Source: Nitrospirota bacterium (GTDB lineage Bacteria; Nitrospirota; UBA9217). From it: DNA of 64,000 nt. A program made the position numbers and the translations under genes. Shown in pieces: positions 49,852 to 59,882 of this stretch; the stretch's first letter is position 1, and each line of letters starts with the position of its first letter. The stretch covers positions 64,001-128,000 of the forward strand of contig CAVVOB010000014.1 of the NCBI GenBank assembly GCA_963749655.1, given 5' to 3'. The notes under the pieces are model-generated. The model made no database searches, had not been told where the DNA came from, and saw nothing but the letters and a program-made list of their open reading frames with translations.

Positions 49852-50221
49852 GATGTCTCCTGAATAGATATTTAGTAGGAATTACTCTGGGTCGTTAGGT
49901 TCATGCTGTACTGCTGAAGCGTCGGCAGCGTCCACGGCTGCAAATCTTCTGCTGTGGCAACGCCCCTTTACGTCACGGGCGTCCGCGTCTCACCTCCCCC
50001 CCCTCGCTTTATACTGCATGCAACCGCGCAAAGCCGCAATGCCTCTTCGCATAGCCTTATATCCTATTTTAGTTGCAGTTGTCAAGATATATGCTGAGTG
50101 AGAAAAGGGCGGGATGGTGCGATGGGGGGTGCGGGCGCAGGTGTGAACTCCTGACCGGCTGCACCCGGGCCCGGTCATTCGCAGTCTCAAACGATGTTTG
50201 GAAGGAGCGCTCGGCGCAACT

Positions 50222-52390
50222 TCACTGCCCGGCGTGAGCCTGCGGCCGGCCCTTGCCGTTCTTGATGATGCCGTCCAGCACGCGACCGAGTTCATCGATC
50301 GAATAGGGTTTGGCGATGATGCCCGTAAACCCGTACTCGCGGTAGCAGGATACGAGCGGCCCCTCCAGATACCCGCTCGACAGGACGACGCGGGCGGAGG
50401 GGTCCATGGCGAGAAATTTCCCGATCGCATCCTTGCCGCCCATGCCGCCGGGGACCGTCAGGTCCATGATGACCGCATCGAATGGACGGCCTTCGCTCCC
50501 GGCGCGCTCGTACAGCCGGAGGGCCTCTGTTCCGTCCGAGGCGCTGTCGACGGCGTAGCCGAGGGCCTGCGCCATCTCGCCGATCGCGGTCCTCACCACT
50601 TCATCGTCGTCCGTGACAAGGATGCGTCCGTGTCCGGTGCCGGGCTCGACCGCTTTCTCTTCAGGCACGACCCGGTGCGTCGACGCAGGAAGAAAGATGT
50701 CGAAGACCGTGCCGACGCCGGCATTCGACCGGACCGCGATGTGGCCGCCGTGCTTGCTGATGATGGAATAGACCGTGGCCAGTCCAAGTCCGTTTCCCGT
50801 CGTCTTCGTGGTAAAGTAGGGATCGAAGATCATGGGAAGGTGTTCCTGCCGGATGCCGGAGCCGCTGTCCGCGACCGTTATCTTGACGTGGTGCCCGGGC
50901 GAAAGCGGCATGTCCCCGGGATCGGTTATGGCGATGTTTTGCGCCGAGATGGTCAGGATGCCGCCTTCGGGCATCGACTCCTTTGCATTGATCACCAGGT
51001 TGTGTATCGCCTGGGTGAACTGTCCTTCGTCGACTTCCACGTTCCAGAGGTCGGGCGCCCGGTTGAAATCGCATTTCACGGCAGAGCCGCTCAGGGCGAA
51101 CTGCGACGACTCCGCGATCAGGTCCGAGATGGACGTCGACTTCTTGATCGGCCAGCTGCCGTTGGAGAACGTCAGCAGCTGCGAGGTCAGGTTCTTGGCG
51201 CGGACAGCCGCCTTTTCCGCCTTGCCCAGGACCTCATGGACCTTCTTGTCCTGCCGGGAGTAAAGCCGGCCCAGGGAAAGAAAGCCCATGATGCCCGCCA
51301 GAATATTATTGAAATCGTGCGCAATGCCGCCCGCCAGGACGCCGAGCGACTCCAGCTTCGCCATTCTGAGGAGTTCCGTCTCCATGCGGTTCGTTTCGGT
51401 CATGTCGCGAAAAACCAGCACCACGCCGATCATGGCCCCCTGGCGGTCGCGGATGGGAGCGCCGTTGCTCGCAATGGTCCGCTCAGCTCCGTTCCGCGTG
51501 ATGAGACGCGTGCGGTTGCAGAGGGGGACGGCGGCATCGGTCCTGATCACCTTCTGAACAGGGTCCTCGCAGCGTCTGAGCGTCCGGTCGTCGTAGGCGA
51601 GGAACACTTCGGAGAGGAGCTTTCCCGCTGCCTCGTCCTGGGACCACCCGGTCAGGGTCTCCGCCACCGCATTCATGAGCACGATCCGGCCCGTCATGTC
51701 GGTCGTGATGACGCCGTCGCCGATGCTGCGGAGGGTCACGGCAAGGTGCTCCTTCTCGGCTGCCAGCGCCTCCTCCATCCTCCGGCGTTCGTCCAGGTTC
51801 TTCCATCGCTCGATCTCGAGGCCGACCCGCTGGGCCAGGATCCCCAGAAGATCGCGGTCCTCCTCGGAGAAGTCATGGGGTTCGCCGTCCAGTGCGCAGA
51901 CGACGGCGATCACCTTGCCGGCGCTGTCGAACGCCGGCAGGCCGCAGTAGGAAAAAGCGTTGAACTGTCTGAGGAAGGGCGCTTCGGGAAATTTCGTGGC
52001 CACATCGTGGTAGACCCGGAGCTCACGGGAGTCCCGCACCGTGGCGCAGGGCGTGTTCTGCAAACCGCAGGACCCGCCGGCGATGATGACGCCCCGTTCG
52101 TCGTAGGTGCCGAGAAAAAACAGCTCGTCGCCGCGGACCTCGGAGAGGACCACCACCGGAACGGCAAGGAGCTCGCCGATGAGCAGCGATATATGGCGGA
52201 TCACATCGACGGGATCGCCGGTCAGGATGAGGCCGAGTTCAGCCAGCCGTTTCAGGCGGCTGCAACGTCCCGCGGCATCACGCTCGGCCCGGCTGTACCA
52301 CTTGACCCGCAGTTCCGATTCTGCGAACCGCCGGTTCAGGTCCCCGAGCTCGCGCTTGAGCCTGTCTTCCGCTCCCTTTTCCTTGGTCAC
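50222..52390 (-). CDS. Hybrid histidine kinase GAF-PAS-HisKA-HATPase-REC
   Basis: LRSIGDGVITTD, AHDFNNIL, FDPYFTTK, MDLTVPGGMGG; GTG start after AAGGAG. Confidence 0.92.
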   Translation of the reverse strand: MTKEKGAEDRLKRELGDLNRRFAESELRVKWYSRAERDAAGRCSRLKRLAELGLILTGDPVDVIRHISLLIGELLAVPVVVLSEVRGDELFFLGTYDERGVIIAGGSCGLQNTPCATVRDSRELRVYHDVATKFPEAPFLRQFNAFSYCGLPAFDSAGKVIAVVCALDGEPHDFSEEDRDLLGILAQRVGLEIERWKNLDERRRMEEALAAEKEHLAVTLRSIGDGVITTDMTGRIVLMNAVAETLTGWSQDEAAGKLLSEVFLAYDDRTLRRCEDPVQKVIRTDAAVPLCNRTRLITRNGAERTIASNGAPIRDRQGAMIGVVLVFRDMTETNRMETELLRMAKLESLGVLAGGIAHDFNNILAGIMGFLSLGRLYSRQDKKVHEVLGKAEKAAVRAKNLTSQLLTFSNGSWPIKKSTSISDLIAESSQFALSGSAVKCDFNRAPDLWNVEVDEGQFTQAIHNLVINAKESMPEGGILTISAQNIAITDPGDMPLSPGHHVKITVADSGSGIRQEHLPMIFDPYFTTKTTGNGLGLATVYSIISKHGGHIAVRSNAGVGTVFDIFLPASTHRVVPEEKAVEPGTGHGRILVTDDDEVVRTAIGEMAQALGYAVDSASDGTEALRLYERAGSEGRPFDAVIMDLTVPGGMGGKDAIGKFLAMDPSARVVLSSGYLEGPLVSCYREYGFTGIIAKPYSIDELGRVLDGIIKNGKGRPQAHAGQ

Positions 52391-52556
52391 TCGGTCAGCT
52401 CCTTCAGGCCGTCCGCGTAATATCGCGGGAGGGCGTGTTCCCGAACCTTTTGCGTCACGTACCCGCGGCCCGGAGGTTTCCGTTCCGCGGAGTCCTCCGG
52501 CATCCGTCATGCCGGGGAAAAATAACCGGACTGAGATTCGTAAAAGTTCTTCTTTA

Positions 52557-52835
52557 GCCGCAGAGATCGCCGAGGACCCGGAGACATACCACATTCTCTG
52601 TAAAGATTTTTCCGTGATCTCTGTGTACTCTGCGGCATATCCCTAACCCGGACAAGCCGGAAACAAAAAGGCGTCTCGCGCAAAGCCGCAAAGCGCGCAA
52701 AGAAAACCTTTAAGTCTATGGTTTAAAACCAGAAGCCTGAGCCTCTCTTTGCGCCTTTCTTGGCGCCTTTGCGGCTTTGCGCGAAAATATTCTTGCCATT
52801 TTCCGTGATCTCTGTGTACTCTGCGGCATATCCCT
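52557..52835. repeat. Composite of inverted elements with a 37-bp direct repeat
   Basis: TTTTCCGTGATCTCTGTGTACTCTGCGGCATATCCCT near 52608 and 52799 brackets a CGCAAAG element. Confidence 0.85.
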
Positions 52836-52881
52836 GAAAATAATCCGCAGACGGCGAAGACCTGCGCCACCGGGCTCCGGA

Positions 52882-53235
52882 TCAGTGTGCGTTTGCCAGG
52901 TAATGCCGCAGATGGGATTTCAGCTCTTGAATTTCGTTCCGTGCGAAACAGGTGTCGGCGCCGGCGTTGATGAAGGAAGGCGCCTCATCCCGTGCGTCAT
53001 AATCGGAAAAAAAGATAATGTGAGAGGAGGGATTGCTCCGTTTGATGCCTTTGAGCCTGTTGAACACGTCCAGAGACGGCACCAGCATGCCGAGAATGAC
53101 GACCGAATAACCGGGTGAAAGCGACGAAAGGCCGCGCTGCCTTATGAGGTCGGCGGAAAATCCTTCATCTTCGAGCTCCTGCTTCAGGATTGCCCCGAAG
53201 TTCTTGTCCACATCAGCAATAAGGATCCGGGTCAT
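52882..53235 (-). CDS. Atypical single-domain receiver (pseudo-receiver)
   Basis: ILIADVD..LEDEGF; phosphoacceptor Asp appears replaced (VVILGM), conserved Lys appears as Arg. Confidence 0.7.
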   Translation of the reverse strand: MTRILIADVDKNFGAILKQELEDEGFSADLIRQRGLSSLSPGYSVVILGMLVPSLDVFNRLKGIKRSNPSSHIIFFSDYDARDEAPSFINAGADTCFARNEIQELKSHLRHYLANAH

Positions 53236-53301
53236 GTTCTCCTTTTCCCCCGCCGGAGGAGGCACCCGCGAAGTCTCTTCCGCGGACGAAGGCCCCCGCG
53301 T

Positions 53302-53628
53302 TCAGACCGGTTCGTGTCCGTCTCTCTCAAGGCTGTTTCTGGCTTCCTTGACCCTGCCCTCAAGCTCCCAATACCGGTCCTTCAGGTTCCGAATCGCGGC
53401 CGCGGACTGCGGGCCGAAGGGCATCCTGCTCTCGATCTCCGCCAGCTCCGAGAGAAGGGTGCGGACGCTCGTGATCGACACTGACAGCTTCCGGGCGTCC
53501 TCGAAGGTGAACTGCCGGGCCGCAAGCATGCGCTGCGACCGGCGGTAAAGCTCTTCGAGCGTGTTGAAGAGATCTTCCCGTTCGCGGTCCGCCTCATGCC
53601 CGCGACGTATCGCTTGATCCTGCAGCAT
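53302..53628 (-). CDS. Helical hypothetical protein
   Basis: RBS AGGAG, coiled-coil-like; in an apparent operon. Confidence 0.65.
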   Translation of the reverse strand: MLQDQAIRRGHEADREREDLFNTLEELYRRSQRMLAARQFTFEDARKLSVSITSVRTLLSELAEIESRMPFGPQSAAAIRNLKDRYWELEGRVKEARNSLERDGHEPV

Positions 53629-53657
53629 GGCTTTTCTCCTCGGGAAACAACTGTCGA

Positions 53658-53990
53658 TCAGCGCGCTGCAACGGGAACGGCCGCCGGAGCGCTCTTTTTC
53701 AGCCTGTCCAGAAGCATGACGGACAGCTGGTAGCGCATTCCCTCCTCCTGCCGGACCGCCTTGTAGAAATCGCACTGTTCACAGTTCTTGTACTTTGCTC
53801 CGAAGGTCCCCTGGATCTGTCCGCCGCACAGGGTCCCCGCGATCATCCAGCATGTCCTGCCGCTGTTCCTGCCGCCGTGCACCCCGTTGAGGCGGCTGTC
53901 GGTTGTTGCCGGACAGACGCCCCGGCTGGAAATATTTCTGCCGCCCGCTTCCCGTCCGCACTTCATGAATTCCCAGCAATTCAGCTTCAT
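53658..53990 (-). CDS. Two-CW domain Cys-rich protein
   Basis: NCWE..KCGR..CP..GG..GRTCW..GTLCGG..C..CDFY. Confidence 0.85.
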   Translation of the reverse strand: MKLNCWEFMKCGREAGGRNISSRGVCPATTDSRLNGVHGGRNSGRTCWMIAGTLCGGQIQGTFGAKYKNCEQCDFYKAVRQEEGMRYQLSVMLLDRLKKSAPAAVPVAAR

Positions 53991-54070
53991 GCGACCATCC
54001 TTAAAGATATTTTACAAACCGAGATGTTGAATTCTGAGTCAAGTTTCAACGAAAAAAATTACAATCTTTT

Positions 54071-54143
54071 ACCGCCAAGGCGCAAAGGAAATCCGCCCCG
54101 CAGATTCTCCGTTTTTCCTGGCAAACTTCGCGCCTTCGCGGTT
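54071..54143. repeat. Inverted element (CGCAAAG/CGCGAAG type)
   Basis: ACCGCCAAGGCGCAAAG ... CTTCGCGCCTTCGCGGTT. Confidence 0.6.
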
Positions 54144-54182
54144 CAGAAGAAGTTGTTCTTTAATCGTCCGAGGATGACCTCG

Positions 54183-54551
54183 TTAATGTTTTTCCTTGTT
54201 GTTGACAACGGCTGCTGCCGATGATGTCATCGGGGCCTTCAGTTTCTCCATTGCCCGTTCCATGCCGAGACGCGTGGCCGAGAACCCGAAGGGAGTCGGT
54301 TCTTCCTCTTTCTTCACCAGGTTCATGAAATCGCATCGCCAGCAGTTGTGCAGCTTCTGGGCATAGGTCCCCTGGATCTTTCCGCCGCAGAGCGAGCCCG
54401 CAACAGCCCAGCATGCGCGTCCTGCATGCTGTCCGCCGTGGGCGCCCTGAAGGTCCTGCGAGACCGTGACCGGACAGATGCCCAGTTCCTGTGCTTTATG
54501 GCCGCCCGGCTGCCTGCCGCATTTTTTATGCTCCCAACAGTTGAGTTTCAT
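54183..54551 (-). CDS. Two-CW domain Cys-rich protein (paralog)
   Basis: MKLNCWEHKKCGR..GRACWAVAGSLCGG..CWRCDF; RBS AGGAGG. Confidence 0.85.
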   Translation of the reverse strand: MKLNCWEHKKCGRQPGGHKAQELGICPVTVSQDLQGAHGGQHAGRACWAVAGSLCGGKIQGTYAQKLHNCWRCDFMNLVKKEEEPTPFGFSATRLGMERAMEKLKAPMTSSAAAVVNNKEKH

Positions 54552-54593
54552 GAAGAACTTCACCTCCTGCCGTGGTATTTTCTTGATATTACT

Positions 54594-54609
54594 AGCAAGA
54601 CCCTTGCCA
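54594..54609 (-). promoter_or_regulatory. Sigma54 -24/-12 promoter
   Basis: TGGCAA-GGGTC-TTGCT. Confidence 0.75.
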
Positions 54610-54721
54610 GGCTTATACGATTGTTTTTTCAGTGAATAAATTCTCGCTGCGACTGAAACCTCGGGCATAATGCAAGGGGGGGTCAGGCAGAAAGCCCGAT
54701 CGTCTGAAAAGCACGGCTTTT

Positions 54722-54795
54722 CGCAGGCTAAAGCCTGCGGCTACCAGAGAATATGCGTTGATTTGTTTCACGGTAGCCGCACCCTTCAGGGTGCG
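54722..54795. repeat. GTAG-type REP doublet
   Basis: GGTAGCCGCAGGCTTTAGCCTGCG (-) and GGTAGCCGCACCCTTCAGGGTGCG (+). Confidence 0.75.
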
Positions 54796-54972
54796 TTGAT
54801 GCAGTTCGATGTCTTCTACAACAGGCTGCCAAGAGCGGCAATGCGAAGAGAACGTCAAAAGGAGAGGGGCCTGACAGAGTGTGGAAAGGAACGGAAAACC
54901 GTGAGGAATCGATTGCGAATGAAGCCCCGGGGAGGAGGGGGTCGGTCTTTCTTGCGACTGGGATTGCTGTGA

Positions 54973-57900
54973 TTACGACACCGGCAGGGATATGGTGAGC
55001 GTCGCACCCGTTCCCTCTTCAGCAGATGCATGGATGTCGCCGCTGTGGCCCAGAACAATCTTTCTGGCAATGGCAAGACCGAGGCCGGTCCCGCCCTGGT
55101 CGGCCCTCGTGGTAAAGAAGGGATCGAAGATCCTGTTGATATTGTCCTGCGATATGCCCTGCCCCGTATCGCCGATGGTAACGGTGATCCTTCCGTTTTC
55201 CGCGATCGTGTCGATCGTCAGCGATCCCTTCTCGTTCATGGCGTCCAGCGCATTGGTGATCACGGCCAGGAACACCTGGATCAGTTCTCCGTCGCTGCCG
55301 AACACGGCATGATCCGCCGGCGCGAACCGTTTTTCGACCTGGACCTCCTTCAGCCGGCCCTGGAACCCGACGATCTCGAGGGCCCGGTCGATGAGGGAGC
55401 GGAGATCGACGGCTTTTCTCTCAGGCGAGCTCTTCCGGACAAAGGACAGCATGCCCGTGGTGATCCGCTTGCACCGCGCGATTTCCTCCTCGACGATCTT
55501 CAGATAATTCCGGAACAAGGTGGGGTCGTACCGGGAGCTGTTCACGCGGTTCAGGAGCCCCTCTGCGCACCCCAGGATCGCGGCGAGGGGGTTATTGATC
55601 TCATGGGCTATGCTGGCGGCCATCTGTCCCAGGGAAGCAAGACGCTCGTTCATGATATAGCGCATCTCCTTTTCCCGGTCCTGCGTCATGTCCCGGACGA
55701 TGCTGATGCAGCCGCCGAACTGCCCGTCCGGGCCCAGGTAGGGAAAGTGGGACACAATGAGGGTCCGCTTGCTTTTCGGCTCGACGAATTCGACGTCCGC
55801 GGGGTTTCCCGTGCTCCTGATCGCCTGGTGCGGACAGTTCGCAAAAGGGACCGGCGTCTGGTGAATGAGTTCGTGGCACTTCAGGCCGAGGATCTCGGGA
55901 AAGGACTTGCCGAGGAATTCAACGAAGGCGCGGTTCGCCTTGGTGATCTTGTACTCGGCGTCGGTGATGAAGATCGGGTCCTGGATGCCGTCAAAGGTGT
56001 TCTGCCATTCCTTGTGGGAGCGGCTGACCGTGGCGATGAGCGCCTGCAGATCATGGATCAGGTTTTCCCGCTCGCGCTCCATGCGTTTGCGTTCGATGCC
56101 GAGCGCGATCTCGTCGGCAACGGATGAAAGCGCCTGCACCGTGGCCTCGGAAAAAGCCTCTTTGGAAAATACGCCCAGAACGCCGACGAGCCGGTCCTCG
56201 ACAACGAGCGGGTAGCCGGCGAATGCGGAGACGCCTTCCCGCAGAGCCCAGTCCCGGTCCCTGATGAGCGGATCGCCGGGGGCATGGTTGGTCAGGTAGG
56301 GTTTCCGTTCCTTGGCGATCCGTCCGATCTCGAAATCGCCGTCCTCAACGGGCAGGCGGCCCGCGCCGGGTTGCGCGCCGGCGCCCGCGCTCGTCCGGAG
56401 CTCAAGCATGATGCTGTCGGGATCGAGCGTCCAGATGCGCGCGCTGTGAGCGTCGAGGTGCCTGACAATCGCCTCGGCGCACGATTGCAGCGTAGGCTGA
56501 AGTTCGTTCTCCCGGGTCAGCGCGGCGCCGATGTCCGAACCGAGCATCGCGTGCCGCGACCGCTCGATCACCGCCTGCTCGGTCTGTTTCCGGGCAGTGA
56601 TGTCCCTCACCGCTTCTATGCCCGCGATGATCTTGCCCGAGGCGTCCCGCAAGGGAGACGCGCTGACTTCGACGTAGATCTTTCTGCCGGGAACGGTGCT
56701 GGACCGCTCGACGGTGTGGACGTTGCCGTCCCGGAAGGACAGGGCGACGGGGCAGCCGTCGCAGGTTTTCTCCTTGTTCTGATAGGCCTCGTAGCAGTAC
56801 TCGCCGATATGGTTGCCGATGATGTTCCGGTGGCGCTGGTTCTGATAGACGACCTTGAAATCCAGGTCCTGGATGCTGATGCCGTCTCCGATGGCGGAGA
56901 CGATGGCCTCGAACTTGTTCTTCTCCTCTTCGGCCCTCAGCAGCGCGGTCTGGACCGACTGCTCCGCCTCCTTGCGCGCCGTTATGTCCTCGACGATGCC
57001 GATGCCGCCGATGATAACGCCCTTCGGTCCGTACAGGGGGGTGGTGCGCAGAGAGATCCAGATGGCCGCGTTGCTCGTCGTGGCGCGATAGGGTCCCTCG
57101 TAAATGCCCTCCCTGCCCTCCAGTGACGCCCGGTGGGCCGGCAGCACGCTCTGGTCCTCCAGCCCGTTCATGTTCAGCCCGATCAGCCTGTCGCGGGTTG
57201 ACCGGAGGATGGAGACAAAGCTGTCGTTGCAGTCCGTTATGATCAGGCGCGTGTCGTAATTGAAGATCCCGATCGGTGTGCGGTGAAAAAGGAGTCGATA
57301 CCGCTCTTCGCGGTCCTGGAGTGATTCTTCGGTTATTCTTCTGCCCGTGATGTCGATCCCCGTGGCAATGACGTATTCCACAGCGCCGCTGCGGTCGAGG
57401 AGCACCGTGTTCGACCAGTCGATCAGTTTCCTGCCCCCGTCCTTTGCGACCCAGTAGTTCTCATACCTGCTCGGCAGCTGGCCCGCCGTAAGGTTGCGGA
57501 AAACTTCCTGCACGGGCGCCACCTGCTCCGGGGGCAGCAGGAAGTCCCAGACGCGACGCCCCTGCGCCTCGTCAAAGGAGTATCCCGACACTTCCTCGCA
57601 GGACCGGTTGAAGCGCACGATCCTTCCCTCGCGGTCCAGGACCAGAACCATGGCCCCGACCGTGTCGAGAACTGTGGAGATGAAGCGGCTCTCTTTGAGC
57701 AGCGCTTCCTCGGCCCGTTTCTGCTCCGTCACGTCCCGCGTGATCGCCAGCAGTGCGATGATCTCATTGTTCTTGCCGCGGAGAGGCACGGCGTGGGTGT
57801 CGAGCCACAGGCGCCGTCCGCGGAGCCCGGCCATCTCGAAGGTCAGCGTCGCCTGTTTGCCCAGGAAGACCTTGCCGGTCATGCGCTTGAAATCGTCACG

Positions 57901-58293
57901 GTAAGGCGGAAGAATGAGGGGAAAGAGGGGTTTATTTTTTACTTCGTCGAAGGAGCCGGCCTGGATCATCGCGAGGCCGGCGCGGTTCATCATGATCAGC
58001 GTCCCGTCGGACGAAAGCAGCTTGACGCACTCCGGCTCCGAGTCGATGATGGTCTGGAGGAATTGCCGGCTTTCGCGAAGGTCGGCCTCGACGCGCTCCC
58101 GGTCGTCGATCTCCCGGGCCAGCTCGCTGTTGGCCTTCATCCAGTCACGGGCGTGCTCGTTCACCAGCCGCTCGAGGTCCGCGTTCATGCCGGACCGGAG
58201 GGAAGGCGTCCCCGGCTTTCGCTCTTTCGGTTCCTTCGACCGTCCGCTCCCGGCGGCCCGCGGGCGGCTCTTCTTGGTTTCCTTTTTTTTCAT
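54973..58293 (-). CDS. Multi-PAS/GAF cytoplasmic histidine kinase
   Basis: About 5 PAS, GAF, AHEINNPL, FDPFFTT, GTGLGLAI. Confidence 0.93.
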   Translation of the reverse strand: MKKKETKKSRPRAAGSGRSKEPKERKPGTPSLRSGMNADLERLVNEHARDWMKANSELAREIDDRERVEADLRESRQFLQTIIDSEPECVKLLSSDGTLIMMNRAGLAMIQAGSFDEVKNKPLFPLILPPYRDDFKRMTGKVFLGKQATLTFEMAGLRGRRLWLDTHAVPLRGKNNEIIALLAITRDVTEQKRAEEALLKESRFISTVLDTVGAMVLVLDREGRIVRFNRSCEEVSGYSFDEAQGRRVWDFLLPPEQVAPVQEVFRNLTAGQLPSRYENYWVAKDGGRKLIDWSNTVLLDRSGAVEYVIATGIDITGRRITEESLQDREERYRLLFHRTPIGIFNYDTRLIITDCNDSFVSILRSTRDRLIGLNMNGLEDQSVLPAHRASLEGREGIYEGPYRATTSNAAIWISLRTTPLYGPKGVIIGGIGIVEDITARKEAEQSVQTALLRAEEEKNKFEAIVSAIGDGISIQDLDFKVVYQNQRHRNIIGNHIGEYCYEAYQNKEKTCDGCPVALSFRDGNVHTVERSSTVPGRKIYVEVSASPLRDASGKIIAGIEAVRDITARKQTEQAVIERSRHAMLGSDIGAALTRENELQPTLQSCAEAIVRHLDAHSARIWTLDPDSIMLELRTSAGAGAQPGAGRLPVEDGDFEIGRIAKERKPYLTNHAPGDPLIRDRDWALREGVSAFAGYPLVVEDRLVGVLGVFSKEAFSEATVQALSSVADEIALGIERKRMERERENLIHDLQALIATVSRSHKEWQNTFDGIQDPIFITDAEYKITKANRAFVEFLGKSFPEILGLKCHELIHQTPVPFANCPHQAIRSTGNPADVEFVEPKSKRTLIVSHFPYLGPDGQFGGCISIVRDMTQDREKEMRYIMNERLASLGQMAASIAHEINNPLAAILGCAEGLLNRVNSSRYDPTLFRNYLKIVEEEIARCKRITTGMLSFVRKSSPERKAVDLRSLIDRALEIVGFQGRLKEVQVEKRFAPADHAVFGSDGELIQVFLAVITNALDAMNEKGSLTIDTIAENGRITVTIGDTGQGISQDNINRIFDPFFTTRADQGGTGLGLAIARKIVLGHSGDIHASAEEGTGATLTISLPVS

Positions 58294-58328
58294 TTCTTCA
58301 GATCTTGACGCCGGCTGCGCGGCCGTCC

Positions 58329-59645
58329 CTATTCCGCAACGCCATAGCTCGCCAGTTTGCGGTAGAGGGTCTTCGGGTCGATGCCGAGCGCCTCGGCGGC
58401 CTTGCCCCGCTGCCCGCCCGACGCGGCCAGCACGCGCAGGATATGTTCGCGTTCCATGTCTTCCAGGCGCGCGCTCCCGGAGGGCTGCTCGCGGGTGAAT
58501 TCACAAGGCAGGTCCTGCGGCTGGATGACGTCGTTCTTGGACAGCAGAAGGGCGCGGTGGACGATATTCTGCAGCTCCCGTACGTTGCCCGGCCAGGGGT
58601 AGGACATGAGGATCGCCAGCGCCTCTTCGCTGAATCGTTTGTGGCGGAACTCCGTGTCGGTCCTCAGGAAATAGTCGATGAGCGCGGGGATGTCCTCGGT
58701 TCTCTCCCGCAGAGGGGCAATGTTGACCATAAGAGCGGCGATGCGGTAATAGAGGTCCTGCCGGAACGCCCCCCGGGCGATCTCTGACTTCAGGTCCTTG
58801 TTCGTTGCCGCCAGGACCCTGACGTCCACCTTCTGCTCCCGGGTGCTGCCGAGGCGGTAAAAACGCCCCGTTTCCAGGACCCGCAGCAGCTTCACCTGGA
58901 GCGCCAGCGGCATGTCCCCGATCTCGTCGAGGAACAGCGTTCCGTTGCTCGCCACCTCCAGGAGCCCCGGCTTCCGCGCGGTCGCTCCGGTGAACGCTCC
59001 CTTTTCGTAGCCGAAGAGCTCGCTTTCGATCATGTTTTCGGGGATCGCCCCGCAATTGATCGTGACGAAGGGACCGCCGGACCGCTTCGATTCGCGGTGG
59101 ATGCTCGCCGCGATCAGCTCCTTGCCCACGCCGCTTTCGCCGGTGATGAGCACGGAATAATCGGACGGCGCCACCTTGCTCACCGTCTCGAGAAGGCCCC
59201 GCATGAAGGGGCTCTCCGCGACGAGATGATGTCCTTCCGTCTGGCGCCGGATCTGCGCCTTGAGCAGGAGGTTCTCGCTGCGGAGCAGCTTTTTCTCGCA
59301 GGCCTTGTCGATGATCGAGGAAAGCTCCTCCAGCCGGAACGGCTTGGTCAGATAATCGTAGGCGCTGAGCTTCATGGCCTCGACGGCGGTGGAGACCGTG
59401 GCGTTGGCGGTGAGGATGATGACTTCCGTGGGGATGTCGAGGGCCTTCATCTTCTTGAGCACCTCGATGCCCGGGATGCGGGGCATGTTCAGGTCGAGCA
59501 AAAGAACGTCATACTCGTTCTGCTCGAGCATCTCCAGAGCGCGCTCCCCGTCCTCCGCCTCATCGACGTCGATGCGCTCCGTCGCCAGCTCGTTCCTCAG
59601 GACTTCCCGGATGTTTTTCTCGTCATCAGCGATCAGCAGTCTCAC
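58329..59645 (-). CDS. Sigma54-dependent NtrC-family response regulator
   Basis: REC, GESGVGKE, GAFTGA, WPGNVREL, Fis HTH. Confidence 0.95.
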   Translation of the reverse strand: MRLLIADDEKNIREVLRNELATERIDVDEAEDGERALEMLEQNEYDVLLLDLNMPRIPGIEVLKKMKALDIPTEVIILTANATVSTAVEAMKLSAYDYLTKPFRLEELSSIIDKACEKKLLRSENLLLKAQIRRQTEGHHLVAESPFMRGLLETVSKVAPSDYSVLITGESGVGKELIAASIHRESKRSGGPFVTINCGAIPENMIESELFGYEKGAFTGATARKPGLLEVASNGTLFLDEIGDMPLALQVKLLRVLETGRFYRLGSTREQKVDVRVLAATNKDLKSEIARGAFRQDLYYRIAALMVNIAPLRERTEDIPALIDYFLRTDTEFRHKRFSEEALAILMSYPWPGNVRELQNIVHRALLLSKNDVIQPQDLPCEFTREQPSGSARLEDMEREHILRVLAASGGQRGKAAEALGIDPKTLYRKLASYGVAE

Positions 59646-59882
59646 GGCAAGGGGTCCTCCGGAACAGCAGGATGCGACGGCCGGCGCGCGCCCCGGGGGG
59701 CCGGACGTCCCGATCATACTATACTGCGGGCGGCGTTGAAGGCAAGACATTTTGCAGCGTCAGCACATAGAGTGGCGCTGCCTGACTGGGGAAAACTATA
59801 GCACATACGGGAAAAGTGTCAACAGGCAAGGTCTGCGGCACCCGGCCCTGTGGTCCGGCCGGGTTTGTGAGGAGGACTGGGA

